From: Patellaria atrata CBS 101060
Lineage: Eukaryota
NCBI GenBank assembly: GCA_010093705.1
Contig: MU006099.1
Location: 310,001-374,000 of the forward strand
Length of the DNA stretch: 64,000 nt
Direction of reading: 5' to 3'
Below are positions 49,756 to 61,040 of the stretch, piece after piece. Numbering within the stretch: position 1 is the first letter of the stretch; each line of letters opens with the position of its first letter. Both the position numbers and the translations under genes were made by a program. Under the pieces are notes generated by a model, which was not told the DNA's origin, searched no databases, and was given only the letters and a program-made list of their open reading frames with translations.

Positions 49756-50583
49756 TTAAAACTCGCCCAAGAAGCCGCAGAAGTCCTTACCGGGCTGTTT
49801 CTCGTTAGCGGTGGGGTGTTCCATGCTGAGGCTCTGATCGCCCTTCTCGGCGATGATCCATGTGAAGGGAACCTCCTTCATGCCCTGCTGACCACCCTCC
49901 GGTTCAGCGATGACTTCGCGGTCGCGGATGGTGAGGCCGGCCTTCTCGACGGCGGTGGCGGTGGCGTCGCCGCCGAGCGAGGACCAGTACATCCAGCCGC
50001 CCTCGTTGTTGGCCTCCTTCATCCACTGCTCATCGACGGCGATCTCGACGGGCATGTTGGCGACGTTGACGAGGAGCCACCCGCCCGGCCGCAGCCAGGA
50101 GGAGATGCGGGAGATCATCTCGCGCTGCTCGTTGCTGGGGAGGTGGTTGAGGGAGTAGAGGCAGACGACGGCGTTGAAGGACTCGGGCGGGAAGTTGAGG
50201 GAGAACATGTCGCCCTCGACGACGTTGACGCGGTCGACGGCGTCGTTGGGGAGGTTCATGGCGAGGAGTTCGAGCTGTGCGGTTGAGATGTCGTTGGCGG
50301 TTACGCCGAGGCAGCCGTACGAGGCGAGGTATTGGGTTGCTGGGACGCCGGCGCCGGCGCCGAGCTCGAGCACTTGGAATTTGCCCCGGCCGTTGATCTT
50401 CTTGTTGCCCTCGGAGCACTCGACGTCGAGGCGCTCGAGGAGGTCGAACATGTAGCGGAGGCGTAGTCGCTTGGAGGCGTCGGTGGTCCACTTGAGATAC
50501 TCATTGGCGAAGCGGGTGTAGGATTCCGCAACGCGGGACTTGATGGTGGAGGATGTGAGAGACATTGTGGTCGTCGTAGACAT
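49756..50583 (-). CDS. Class I SAM-dependent methyltransferase
   Basis: VLELGAGAG motif I, NDIS, EGDM, SLNHLP, WLRPGGWLL. Probable start MSTTTT at 50583 (AAACATG context), where coding-like GC3 begins. Confidence 0.85.
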   Translation of the reverse strand: MSTTTTMSLTSSTIKSRVAESYTRFANEYLKWTTDASKRLRLRYMFDLLERLDVECSEGNKKINGRGKFQVLELGAGAGVPATQYLASYGCLGVTANDISTAQLELLAMNLPNDAVDRVNVVEGDMFSLNFPPESFNAVVCLYSLNHLPSNEQREMISRISSWLRPGGWLLVNVANMPVEIAVDEQWMKEANNEGGWMYWSSLGGDATATAVEKAGLTIRDREVIAEPEGGQQGMKEVPFTWIIAEKGDQSLSMEHPTANEKQPGKDFCGFLGEF

Positions 50584-52562
50584 GTTTGACTTTTTGTTGG
50601 CTGTAGGAAAGAGAGCGGATGCGGGGTATTGACGGCGGCGGTGGTGGATGAGAGAAAGAGATGAGGAAGAGGAAATTATATATGAAACTCTGTTACGGAA
50701 AGATTGGAAACGAAGTAATTTCTGACTGGAGCTTGATTGGTTTTGAAGAGAGAATCTTGGGAATTTGAGACGTGAGCAAATTTGCTGGAGAGCAATGGAA
50801 GACGAGAGACGATGAAAGTAGAGAAGATGTGTACAGTATAGAGTCCGTAGGATCAATGGTAAGGCGCGAGGTCTATCACTATATAAGCAGTAAGAGTGAG
50901 AGGGTACAGCACCTGGGGTGGTTATGAGCGTAACACACAGACGGACCCATTCCTCCAACAAGATTGTACTAGGCTGCCCCATTTTATCGTTACACCGAAA
51001 TGGACAAAAACCATCATCTCTTGCGGACGACTGGGACTTGGATGCTCTGGTGCACCGTCCACCATCTGCTCGACTGTACCTGGACATGCCATGCGGGAAG
51101 CGAAGACGAGATAGACAACAATCGACAGAGGAGAAGTAACCAACCTTACCTTCTGCCTGATCCCAGGCACAGCTTGCTGCATTCGGGAATGGGGCAAAAC
51201 AAGTCCCAGCAGTGTTTGTGAGAGTAATAGGCAGATGAGTATGGGCACTGAGCAGAAAGAAGACGCAATGCGCTGCACGAACGCATATGAGGTCCGCGGG
51301 AAACGATGCTGCCCAGAAGCATCGCCCATGCCTTCAATCAACCACTTAGAAGTGAGAATTCGATGTCTGCACCGAATGTCTTAGTCCTATCGAAGCTATA
51401 ACGCAGTCAGCCACCAACACGCACGTTATACTGCTGCCATGGGAAGGCTTGGTGGTCCTGATGGGTGGTGGAGAGAGAAGGGGAAGATGGAAGATGGAGG
51501 AGGATGTTCTGCATGCTGTACGATTCCCACGGAAACAAATCAGAACATCAATCACCCAATCTGACACTAGAGCACCAGATCCCAGCGACTTCCAGCTACA
51601 AAAGTCCGTCTCGGCGCCCGTTCACCATCTGTTTCAATGATTGGACAATGATACAACGGCATGGTGAGAACCTTAAGGATGATAGCCGTGAAGAGTTGAT
51701 GGTTTGATATCAATTGGTCTAAAAGTACGAACGCGGGATTAGGCGAGCGGCAAGGCGGGGGTAAGATTCCGATGTCTTGGTCGAGGGCAACGAGGAAGGC
51801 GCCGTGCACGCCCGAGGCTACCTTAAATTCATTGGCGGCACTGTTCGGCAGGGGTTGCGGAGGCTTTGGTACGGGCTCGGCAAGCCATCCAGATGTTAGA
51901 CTCAAATTCAGAATTCTATCCTTGGGACAAGGCTTGGAAATCACTTTTGGGTAAGTTAACTGTCAATTGTATGTACAAAGTAACAGCTGTGACACTGGGA
52001 TGGAACGGGTCTTGGGGGTTCGGCTTACCCGATTCGGCATGGTCGGCATGCAAGCGGACTTTCCCAACGGTGTTTTTTTGGTCCTGCATCTCCATACCGT
52101 ACCTTCCATATTGTTTTGTAGGGCTGGGGAGGAAGGAGTGATCGGAGGCCTTGAGTGGTTCATCTTGACTGGCCTCACCAATCGCACGTGGCTCTCAACT
52201 AGGTACTATTTCTGGACCTTGCATGTAGCGCTTACCCTAATTGACCGAAGGAGGGTTGGAAGAGAGGACGGGCGGGATGTTGGGTCTTACATCTCGGCTA
52301 GGTTATATCATTTTGGGACGCGGTACTGTGCTATAACTGACTACCATATATCAATCTAACGCACATGTCAAGCTGATGGAAGACCGAAGGGGTGGAGGTT
52401 GGTAGAACTATGAGCGGAGCATCGACTTGACCTCGCATGTACTATCCTGTTTTCGATCTTCTAACTTTACCCGCAGCCTGCAATTAAAAGCTGAAACTTG
52501 TCTGAGATTTACCGACCAGACATTGATACATATCTCCTGCTTTCCGATCCGTGACATTCCTG

Positions 52563-53712
52563 TCAGTAGAAATTGCCAGTCACCTTTCTTGTCAGGTGTT
52601 CACCATATACCACCCTCTTGTATTTTGCCTCTCCACCTGTCAGCTGAACGCATTTGCTCAGCGGTTTGACCTCTGCGTTCCAGTCAGGTTCAAAGAAAAA
52701 AGGAACGCTGACACGATAGCCATCCCCGCGATGGATGACACGATGGACGGTGCTCTTCCACAGCCCATTAGTCCACGTCTCCATCATGTCCCCAATGTTG
52801 ACAACAAATGCTCCAGGAACCGGATCTGCATATATCCAGTCACCAGTCTTGGAGAGCACATGTAAAGCGTTCGGTGTGGGATCAGCAAGAAGCAGCGTAA
52901 CACAGCCATAATCTGAAAGAATACTAATTAGCGAGAAGAACACTTGTTCACGACAACAAAGCGAGTTCAATGCATAATTGATCGAGTGAGGCAGATTAAG
53001 AGTTGAACCAATATTACATACCTGTATGCTCTCCACAGCTGATCTCTCCGCCCCCACTTTCTGCAGTTCTCAGCCCCGGATATCCGATCATACGCAGCAC
53101 CCACCAACTTTTCCTAGTCTTCTTAACAAACTCATCCCGCTCATAATCTTCCAGCTCCAGTGCCTCTCCCATGGCTTTGACGACGGCTGTTCCAACCTCG
53201 ATGACTTGGTCGAGATAAGCATTCGTAACCTCTTTCAGCTCCGGCGGCTGATCTGGCCACAAGTTCCGTCCATGCAAAAACTCGTATGGCGGGCCGTCCC
53301 TAGACTTCCCCTTTGCCCCAACATTCTGCTCCTCGTTAGATTCGCGGAAGAAGTCGATCGCCTCGTGCCAGTCCCTATGGCCCTTGGTGACATTTTCGCG
53401 CAACAGCTGGTAGCCACGAGCCCCATCACCTAACCCATCACCAGCATCGCGACGTTTGATCTTCTGCTTTTCTTCTTCAGGTGTATTCAGGAAGAAGCGG
53501 CGAGCAACGGAGAGAATTGAGCTTGTTACGGATTCTGGGACCCCATGTCCTATGAGAAAGAAAAAACCGACGTCCCTGCAAGCAGCTGCGATTGCAGACT
53601 TGCAGGCATCAATGTCAGAACGGGTGGGCGAAGATGAAAGGTAAGGAGAAATATCAATTGTAGGTAGGTTCACTGGGAAACTGTAAGTTGAGACCTGTGA
53701 TGAGGTTGACAT
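52563..53712 (-). CDS. 2-oxoglutarate/Fe(II)-dependent dioxygenase (IPNS-like)
   Basis: LPTIDISPY, ACRDVGFFFLIGHG, HT|D split by an intron (about 52914-53021), VVNIGDM, STVHRV, RVSVPFF. Confidence 0.92.
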
Positions 53713-54113
53713 GATGAGGGGTAAGGTGAGTCTATCAGATTGGCGGGGACGGGATGGGACATTTCAACGTCGCCAGTAGGTGGGGTAAGCTATGAACTCA
53801 ATCCTGAGTCTTGAGAACAATAAAGTGAGGGTAGCAGTCTCCTGAAAATTTGAGACGAAGAATAGAAGATAGCGTGGTCAATCGTAGATACGGTTCTAGA
53901 ACTACGGATTGTGTAAATATGAGAAGAGAAGACTATTAACTTAATAGACTATGTGAATTTAGATGAGGATTTCGTAGAATACGAGTCCATGCAAATAAAG
54001 GACGGAAGGACAATTGTGAGGTTACAAACACATATATGTACGTGATGTTACTGCAAAGTAACGTCTACGCAAAATACGCTGCCTCATCAACGTGCCCAAT
54101 CGGGTAACTACCT

Positions 54114-55071
54114 CTACTCAACGGCCATCCTGACTTTCAGCAAGTCCTGCTTCACGATAGTATCTTTCTTCTTGAGCAGTTCATCCATATCCCATTGAGA
54201 ATTAACATACCTACCTGCTAGCCACTCCCGTCTCTCCTTTGATAACCAAACTAAAGTATGAGCGGGTAATTCAGGGGTATCAGTAAGAGCTTGATGGTAC
54301 TGCGTGGGAAGCGATATCCCCATACCAGTGGCGACCCCACCTGGATGTATGGAATATGCTAAGATACCCTGATCGCCATAATCGCACATCACAAACTCCA
54401 TCAGACGAAGCTGGGCTAACTTGGCGATCTCGTACGAGTGAGCTCCAGATTGGAGCAAATGTGCTCCGAGGCTTGAAAGCGTGATAATCGTCTTTTCACC
54501 CTCTGACTTTTCCAGCAACAATGGGATCAAAGCTCGGGTGACAAGGTAGGTCCCCTTCAGATTGATCTCCAAGCCTCCCCACCAGATATCCGGATCGCTG
54601 TCCGCAAGCTTGATCCATGGTTCCAGGATCCCTGCATTGTTGATCAAGATGTCGAGACCACCCCAAGCTTCGTCCACCTGTTTCGCCGCCGCTTCAACGC
54701 CGCTATGGCTTGTAACATCCACAGCCGAGACCAAGACCTCCGGAAGCGGTTTCCCTAAACTGACGGCCGCAGCCTCAACCTCAGCCTTCGTCTCCTGCAG
54801 ACTTGAGAGGGAGCGGGCCCAGATGGCAATTCTGGAGGCTCCGGCTTGAGCGAAACTACGGGCCGTAACGCGTCCGATCCCTTTCGAGGCACCCGTTATC
54901 AGAACGCTTTTGCCGGCTAGATTTGCGCTTTTGGGGTCAATGAGAGAATAGGTATCGCGGTGAACGATGGCTACAAAGTCTGTGCCTACAAATCCAGTTT
55001 TAGCATAGATTACAAAACAAAAGATCGGACGTACCATTTGCATTGAGCTTCTTCGTTGGATCTGTAGACAT
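54114..55071 (-). CDS. Short-chain dehydrogenase/reductase
   Basis: TGASKGIG, NNAG, YEIAK (YxxxK), HPG, DTPEL, WLAGRYV. Short first exon from ATG 55071. Confidence 0.9.
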
Positions 55072-56136
55072 AGCGGACAATTTTGAAGTAGAATTGCCTG
55101 ATAAAACTTACCTTGACCTCGAAAGGGGCAAATGAAGCTTTAGATGAGGAAACCCCATCCTTGAAACAAGCCGATTCAAAACATTTGGTCGTGACGGAAA
55201 ATGGCTCCCGATACATACGCGCGGATGGAGGGAAAGTCAAAACCATGAAACGCGCAGCTGGTCCAATTCGAGAGTTGTCTCCATAGAAACTCCTCAACGA
55301 GATTATACACAGTCGTCAAGTCCATTATCGCTCTGATTCTCATAATCAAGATATGATGGCTCGCTTGTGACGTTCTTGTTGGAGTACTGTATGGGTTCTG
55401 GTCATTTTAGAGCTAATGGACTGGTGGGATCTTCGGCTAGCTGACTAAGCTGAGCCCATCTTCATCAGCACCTTCCCCTACCGTCAACGAGAAAGTCTCA
55501 CCCATGACGCTCTTAGTAAAGCTTTGAAAGTCGACCAGATATATATCCTTCCTTTCCAGCACGTCCGCTTTATTATATGCTTATATGGATAAGGGAAAAC
55601 TCCCTTCTCCGTATGAATCAAGATATTGTAGAAAGAAGTCGCACCGGAGAGAACACCGTTATGACACGGCAAACGCACAGCGATAATGGTGGACTACAGC
55701 AAAGTGAGTCATGATTTGCTTTGACATGCGAGAAATGAGTATCTTATTACTCATTTGCAATGGAATGGTGGCTCAAGGCTTACTTTTTGCTGTTCTTTGG
55801 CGTGAATAGAGTCGTTACTCGACAGAACAAGCTCTTTTGCGTCTGATATCCTTTCGTTTCCACCTGATTGTTCCTGTAATATTGTTTGTATTTCAGTCAA
55901 TAACAGTTAATGTCTCCTTTGATTTTTTCTTCAATGAGGGAGCGGCAAATATTCAAGTGATTGAACGCTTAGAATCTCAATTTGAATGAACTTCAAACCA
56001 TCCACAGCAAACAAGGTCTACTACTACTTAATCAGAGTTTTGGCATGGTGGGAATTCTCTAAGCAATTATTGCATACTTTAGAATTTACACCACCAGCAC
56101 AAGAATCATCACAACCTTCATCAAACCATTAATACC

Positions 56137-57767
56137 ATGTCGCTTAGTAGTAGCGAAGAACTCGGTCGTTATCGAGCATTTCTTAAACAAGGAGCCAAAA
56201 TTATGAGCACGTCAGCTGCTGAAGATCTGGCAACAAGCTCCCTTTTTACGTGGGATATCAAGGAGTACGCAGCGAGGAAATACGCCAAGAACGTACTGGA
56301 ACAATACAGCGTTCTAGGATACGATTCTGAGTGTGCAGAGAATGGGGACGACAACGAGCAATTAGATCCTATATTCATCAATACCAATGCGCCCTGGTCC
56401 GCATTTATTTGTGGATCTCAAGGTAGCGGAAAGAGTTACAGCATGTCCTGCATGCTGGAAAGTTTCTTTTCAGATAGTCCAGACATAGGAAATCTACGAA
56501 AACCACTAACCGGTATCGTCTTCCACTATGATACCAACTCTAGAGGTGGAGTATGCGAAGCTGCGTACCTGTGTACGAGAAAAGGTACTAATGTTAGAGT
56601 GCTCTGTTCACCAAGCAATATTCACTCCTTGAGGGAAACATATACAAAAAAATTTCCCGACGCAAAAAACAAATTGAGGGTTGAAGAATTGAAATTTCAC
56701 GCGTCTCATTTGAACGTGGAGCGAATCAAGATGTTGATGGCTTTGAATGATACGGATGGAGAAGTACCCTTATATATGGAAGTAAGTTGTCTTCATACTC
56801 TATATTACAGCTAGTTACTAATATTAGTGAAGGTATTCACCCGTATCCTCAGAGAACTTGCAATAGCGTTTCCGGGTCGTACTGGTGTAAACTATATAGA
56901 GTTCAAGAAAAGAGTTCAACAAGAAGGTTTTGCAAGATCTCAGACCGGTCCAATGAACTTGCGTATGGACCTCCTTGAAAGCTTTATGGATTTGGGTTCT
57001 GAAGACAAGTGGGAGATTTCAGCCTTTCAGAACACCAAACCGAAAAGGAAGTTCGAAGGTGGACCTAAGAGCACATACTTCCAGCAGAGAACGGAAGACA
57101 AATTTGCCGAACAAAAAGGTCCCGCCCTTGATATTTTCAAGTCAGAACCCGGAGAAGTGATCATAGTTGACCTTACAGATCCGTGTATCGATAAATCCAG
57201 CGCCTGCATACTATTTGATATCTGTCTTGGCCTCTTTTGTGAATATAATCCGGGAGGAGAAACGGTTGTTGCACTCGATGAAGCCCACAAGGTGAGTATC
57301 CCTTCACTTGTTATTTTACAGCGTTGAACTTACTAATGTGCCCACAGTTTATGAATAGCTCATCCGCAGCCAAAAACTTTACGGAAAGTTTGATCAAGGT
57401 CATACGCTTGCAACGGCATCTTGGGTCACGAATCATCATTGCAACTCAAGAACCTAGCATATCATCAGACCTGATTGCTTTATGCTCAATGACAATTGTA
57501 CACCGTTTTAAGTCTCCTGAGTGGTTCGAGTATTTGCGGAAGGTTGTAGGGGATCTGTCACAGCTCACAGAGCAAGACAGGAATAACATTTTCAGGCAGA
57601 TCACTCGTTTGCGTACGGGTGAGTCACTTGTTTTCTCAAATGACTCCTTTATCCGCCTGAACAATGGGATTCCCGAAAGACTTGGGACCGATCATTTCAG
57701 AATGCAGACCCGGATGCGTCTCACGGAAGATGGTGGCGGAAGCGTATTAGCTATCAAATCTGAGTAA
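56137..57767 (+). CDS. HerA/FtsK-like P-loop ATPase, intact (about 507 aa)
   Basis: Exons 56137-56781, 56833-57291 and 57348-57767 splice in frame. Walker A GSQGSGKS, Walker B VVALDEAHK, RLQRHLGSRIIIATQEP, IVHRFKSPEW. Confidence 0.85.
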
Positions 57768-58451
57768 TGTTCACTCAAATCTCTTAAAATTTGTATGATG
57801 TTGTTATATGCTTGGAGGCTTTACTTTGTACCTTCTTCTAAGGCGGTGTGTTGAGCTCTATGAAACTGTACAATTTCCAGAATCAGAGATGTGCAAGAAT
57901 TATGCGTTGTCCCTACGAGTCAGTCCCCGTTTGCAGCCGTACGCCAAAGAGCATTTGCGTATACTTTTGTATACCGCCTTCAGTCTCTTCCCCCTGAATG
58001 ACCATTTGGTCCTCCCTATCCAGCCGTAGTGGCGAAGTTCACCATCACCCAATTCAGTCACGCCCTTTGCCAACAAGCAGTACGGAATCACAAGGGCACT
58101 CACAGTACTGCATCCCCTACTAAAATCCCATATTGTCGGATTTGCTATTGTGTTGCTGACGTTCACCGCGTACTGAAAGTTTCAAATCGTCAGTTTTCGC
58201 TATTGCACCGCAAACCTTCACCCCCGTACTAAAGATCTCCATTGTCGAATCTTTCTATTGCCACCTTCCCTTCAGCGCACGTGTACAAGACCTATTGTCA
58301 GACCACCATTTGTACCACAGGGCATAAAACCCTCTCTCCCTCCTTCCATTCCCATTCCCTCCTCTTTCCTCCAACATCACATCCCTTCCAAACCTCATCC
58401 TCACAAATCTCAACCTCAAACTTGATACCTTAAATCCCATACACAGTAAAA

Positions 58452-59024
58452 ATGGAGCATACCCTCCCAGGCTCCCCAAAGCCCCTCCCCAGCAAGCTTC
58501 CCGGTCCGCCACTGCGGCCACATCTGCCCGGACGACACCACCATCGAGGAGCTCCGTACGATCTACGACGCCCGCCACGCCCAATCATACCAGATCCCTG
58601 ATACCGTAAGTTCCGTCCCCGTACCTGTTCCGCCCGTACTAACCGACCGCTGTAGGAGGCGTACAGTACAGGCCGGATGCTGAGGCGCGCGCAGTATCCT
58701 GCGAAGATCGAGGCGTTCTGGGGTCGCACTGTCGAGCAGGTGATCCCGTACGAGATCCAGTCAGGTCTCTCGGAGGATGAGTATAACAGTGAGCGCGAAC
58801 GGTTGCCGCCACTCCGGGGGCACACGGACATTTTGGCAGGGTTGGCTACCCTCTCTGCACTCACGCCAATGCGGGGGGAGTACGTGGCGGAGACGTTAGC
58901 CGCCATTGTACGGTCGAGACATGCGGGTACGAGTACGGGTGTGTCGGAAGTCGTGGTCGAGAGGCTTCAACTGTGGCATTATGACGTACGGGTTATGATA
59001 TCTACGATTCGAGAAAGGCGATGA
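58452..59024 (+). pseudogene. Small orphan gene with probable frameshift in exon 1
   Basis: Frame SFPVRHCGHICPDDTTIEELRTIYDARHAQSYQIPDT splices (GTAAG 58606..TAG 58655) into EAYSTGRMLRRAQYP... The nearby ATG (58452) is out of frame. Confidence 0.4.
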
Positions 59025-59102
59025 GGTTGTGCCCATGAAGGAGTGTTCTTGCTCGATTTGTGGTGATTGATTGGGTTTCCGCGTTCATGTATATAGTACT
59101 CA

Positions 59103-61040
59103 TTATGCCTGCGGGCCACCTTCCCTCATCAATCTATCATGACCCTTCCACAAAATGTCCACCTCCACTCCGTCATCTTTCCTTCTCCAGCCATACGCAA
59201 CCTCCACCCCTTCTAATTCCATACTCTCCCTAATGTCCTTCGCGCATTTGCTATCGTTCTCACGCGGCAATTTCTCTACAATGGGCAGCAACAACCTCGA
59301 AATCGAAAGATAACTATCATCCCTAATGAGGTCTATATCTGCGAGCACCAGCAGCGCAATGAGGGCGGATCCCTGTATACCAACGATGACGCCCATGATG
59401 ATCCAGATGCGTGTCCAGTAGACCCTCACCTCGCTCGCCTGGCGAGGCACGTTGTGCTGATTCTTGAGCTCGAGACGGGGTCCATGGTCGTCGGACGCGG
59501 CGATGGCCCCGATGGAGAACCGCGAGATGAGATCCGCCATCTGCCACGTCGTGATGGTCGTGTTGGGGTTGAAGCGCGAACCGACGTGGTAGAGGACGGC
59601 TGTGTAGTCGAAGTCTCCGGCTGGCTGGAAGCCGTTGAAAGAGATGGCTCCGGCGCCCAGACGGGCTACTGTGTTGTTCATGTAGATCTGGCCTCGGGTG
59701 CTGTTCGTGATGCCGGAGAAGTCACTGAGAGTCGGGTTTATGTCTTTGACCTCCTCGATTGTGCTGTTGCATTGGAGGAGAGTATGCTTCGGGATGATCG
59801 TGTCGTTGAATGTTGCGGCTTGGTAAACTGTCATATTCGCGCAGCGTGGACCACATGAGGAATCATCGTCGCTTTCCCACAACGTACCCATATACGTGAC
59901 ACTTCCTCCGCTCCAAGTGTTGTTTGGTAAAGCCCAATATTGGACAGTTTCGAAATTATCGGTCTACTAATGTTTAGGATTTCCTCTAATATAGATTATT
60001 GATGTGGGGCTTTTACTTACACTATACTCTACGCAGGCATACGTGCGATTGAGAAAATAACACCATACCAGGTCCCTTGTTGGAAGTTCAGCGCAGCTAG
60101 CCGTCGTCCTTACCTCCCGGTTAGACACACGACGTAGTTCGTGGAATGGTTCATCAGGACTGGAGTCTAAGAATGTGTATGCCCAGAAATCGCTGCCATT
60201 ATATACATTCCTGGTAAGTACGCCGTTACTGAAGTTCGTGCCATACTCGGTCTCGTTATAGTTTTGGGACTCGACACCATAGTCATGCGCTGCTGCTGCT
60301 TGTGTACCGACTTCTTGGGAAGGGAGAACGATTGCTCGATCCATGGTCCATCTTGAGAAGTCAGCTACACTAAGGGTTCCGTCGTCATACGATGTATAGC
60401 GGGAAGATGGTTCTGACGCCCAGGTCAAGGATAAAGATGCAACCAAAACTTGTGTACCGAAAGCAAACAGAATCCAAATAATGGATAATCCACAAATCTT
60501 AGCTGATGGTTGAGCGCCCAAATGACCCCACCGCGGCCAAGGCCACGACTTGAATATTAATTCTGTGAGCTTAGTGAGGCTTGAACTTGACAGAATGAGG
60601 TCGAATGTATCCAGATTGTACCATCCACGGCTCAAAAAAGTCCATCGAAGTAAGGAAGCATAATTCTTTAGGGATGAAGCCAAGTTGAGACCGAGGCCAA
60701 GGGTAAGTCCAGTGGTTACACCACCGAACAACCTGTTATCTGTTCTGGACAATCCAAGTTGAGATTTCCATGCCGTTGCGGTCTTAATCGCGAGAATGAT
60801 ACCGATGCATTGAATGAGTGTCAATAGAAATTGACCGATCGTTTTCATAAAGAACGTCACACGAGCTTTGTCTTTTAGGTAACTCCTCTGAGATTTTCTA
60901 TGTACAATTTGAGCGGACTCTAGCATTGGCGAATTCTCCGACTCTCTCTTTTCGGACGCATTGGATGTAGCATTTTTGATCGATGGCCGGGTTCGTGACC
61001 GAGATCTAGAGTCATGGACATCTCTTCCACGTCCTGACAT
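59103..61040 (-). CDS. Uncharacterised fungal membrane glycoprotein (several N-terminal TMs, lumenal N-glycosylated domain, C-terminal TM)
   Basis: Two long exons joined in frame by an intron (about 59964-60020). Hydrophobic segments and multiple NxS/T sequons. Confidence 0.75.

Noticed and set aside
49816..50531. Multiple overlapping and antisense ORFs in GC-rich genes
   Set aside because: Expected shadow ORFs caused by high GC3. The same applies to antisense ORFs over MET10, RAD4 and the ArfGAP.
50584..51087. 168-aa N-terminal extension of the methyltransferase, or a riboswitch-containing 5' intron
   Set aside because: The stretch is pyrimidine-rich and promoter-like with TATA motifs. No TPP aptamer consensus was seen.
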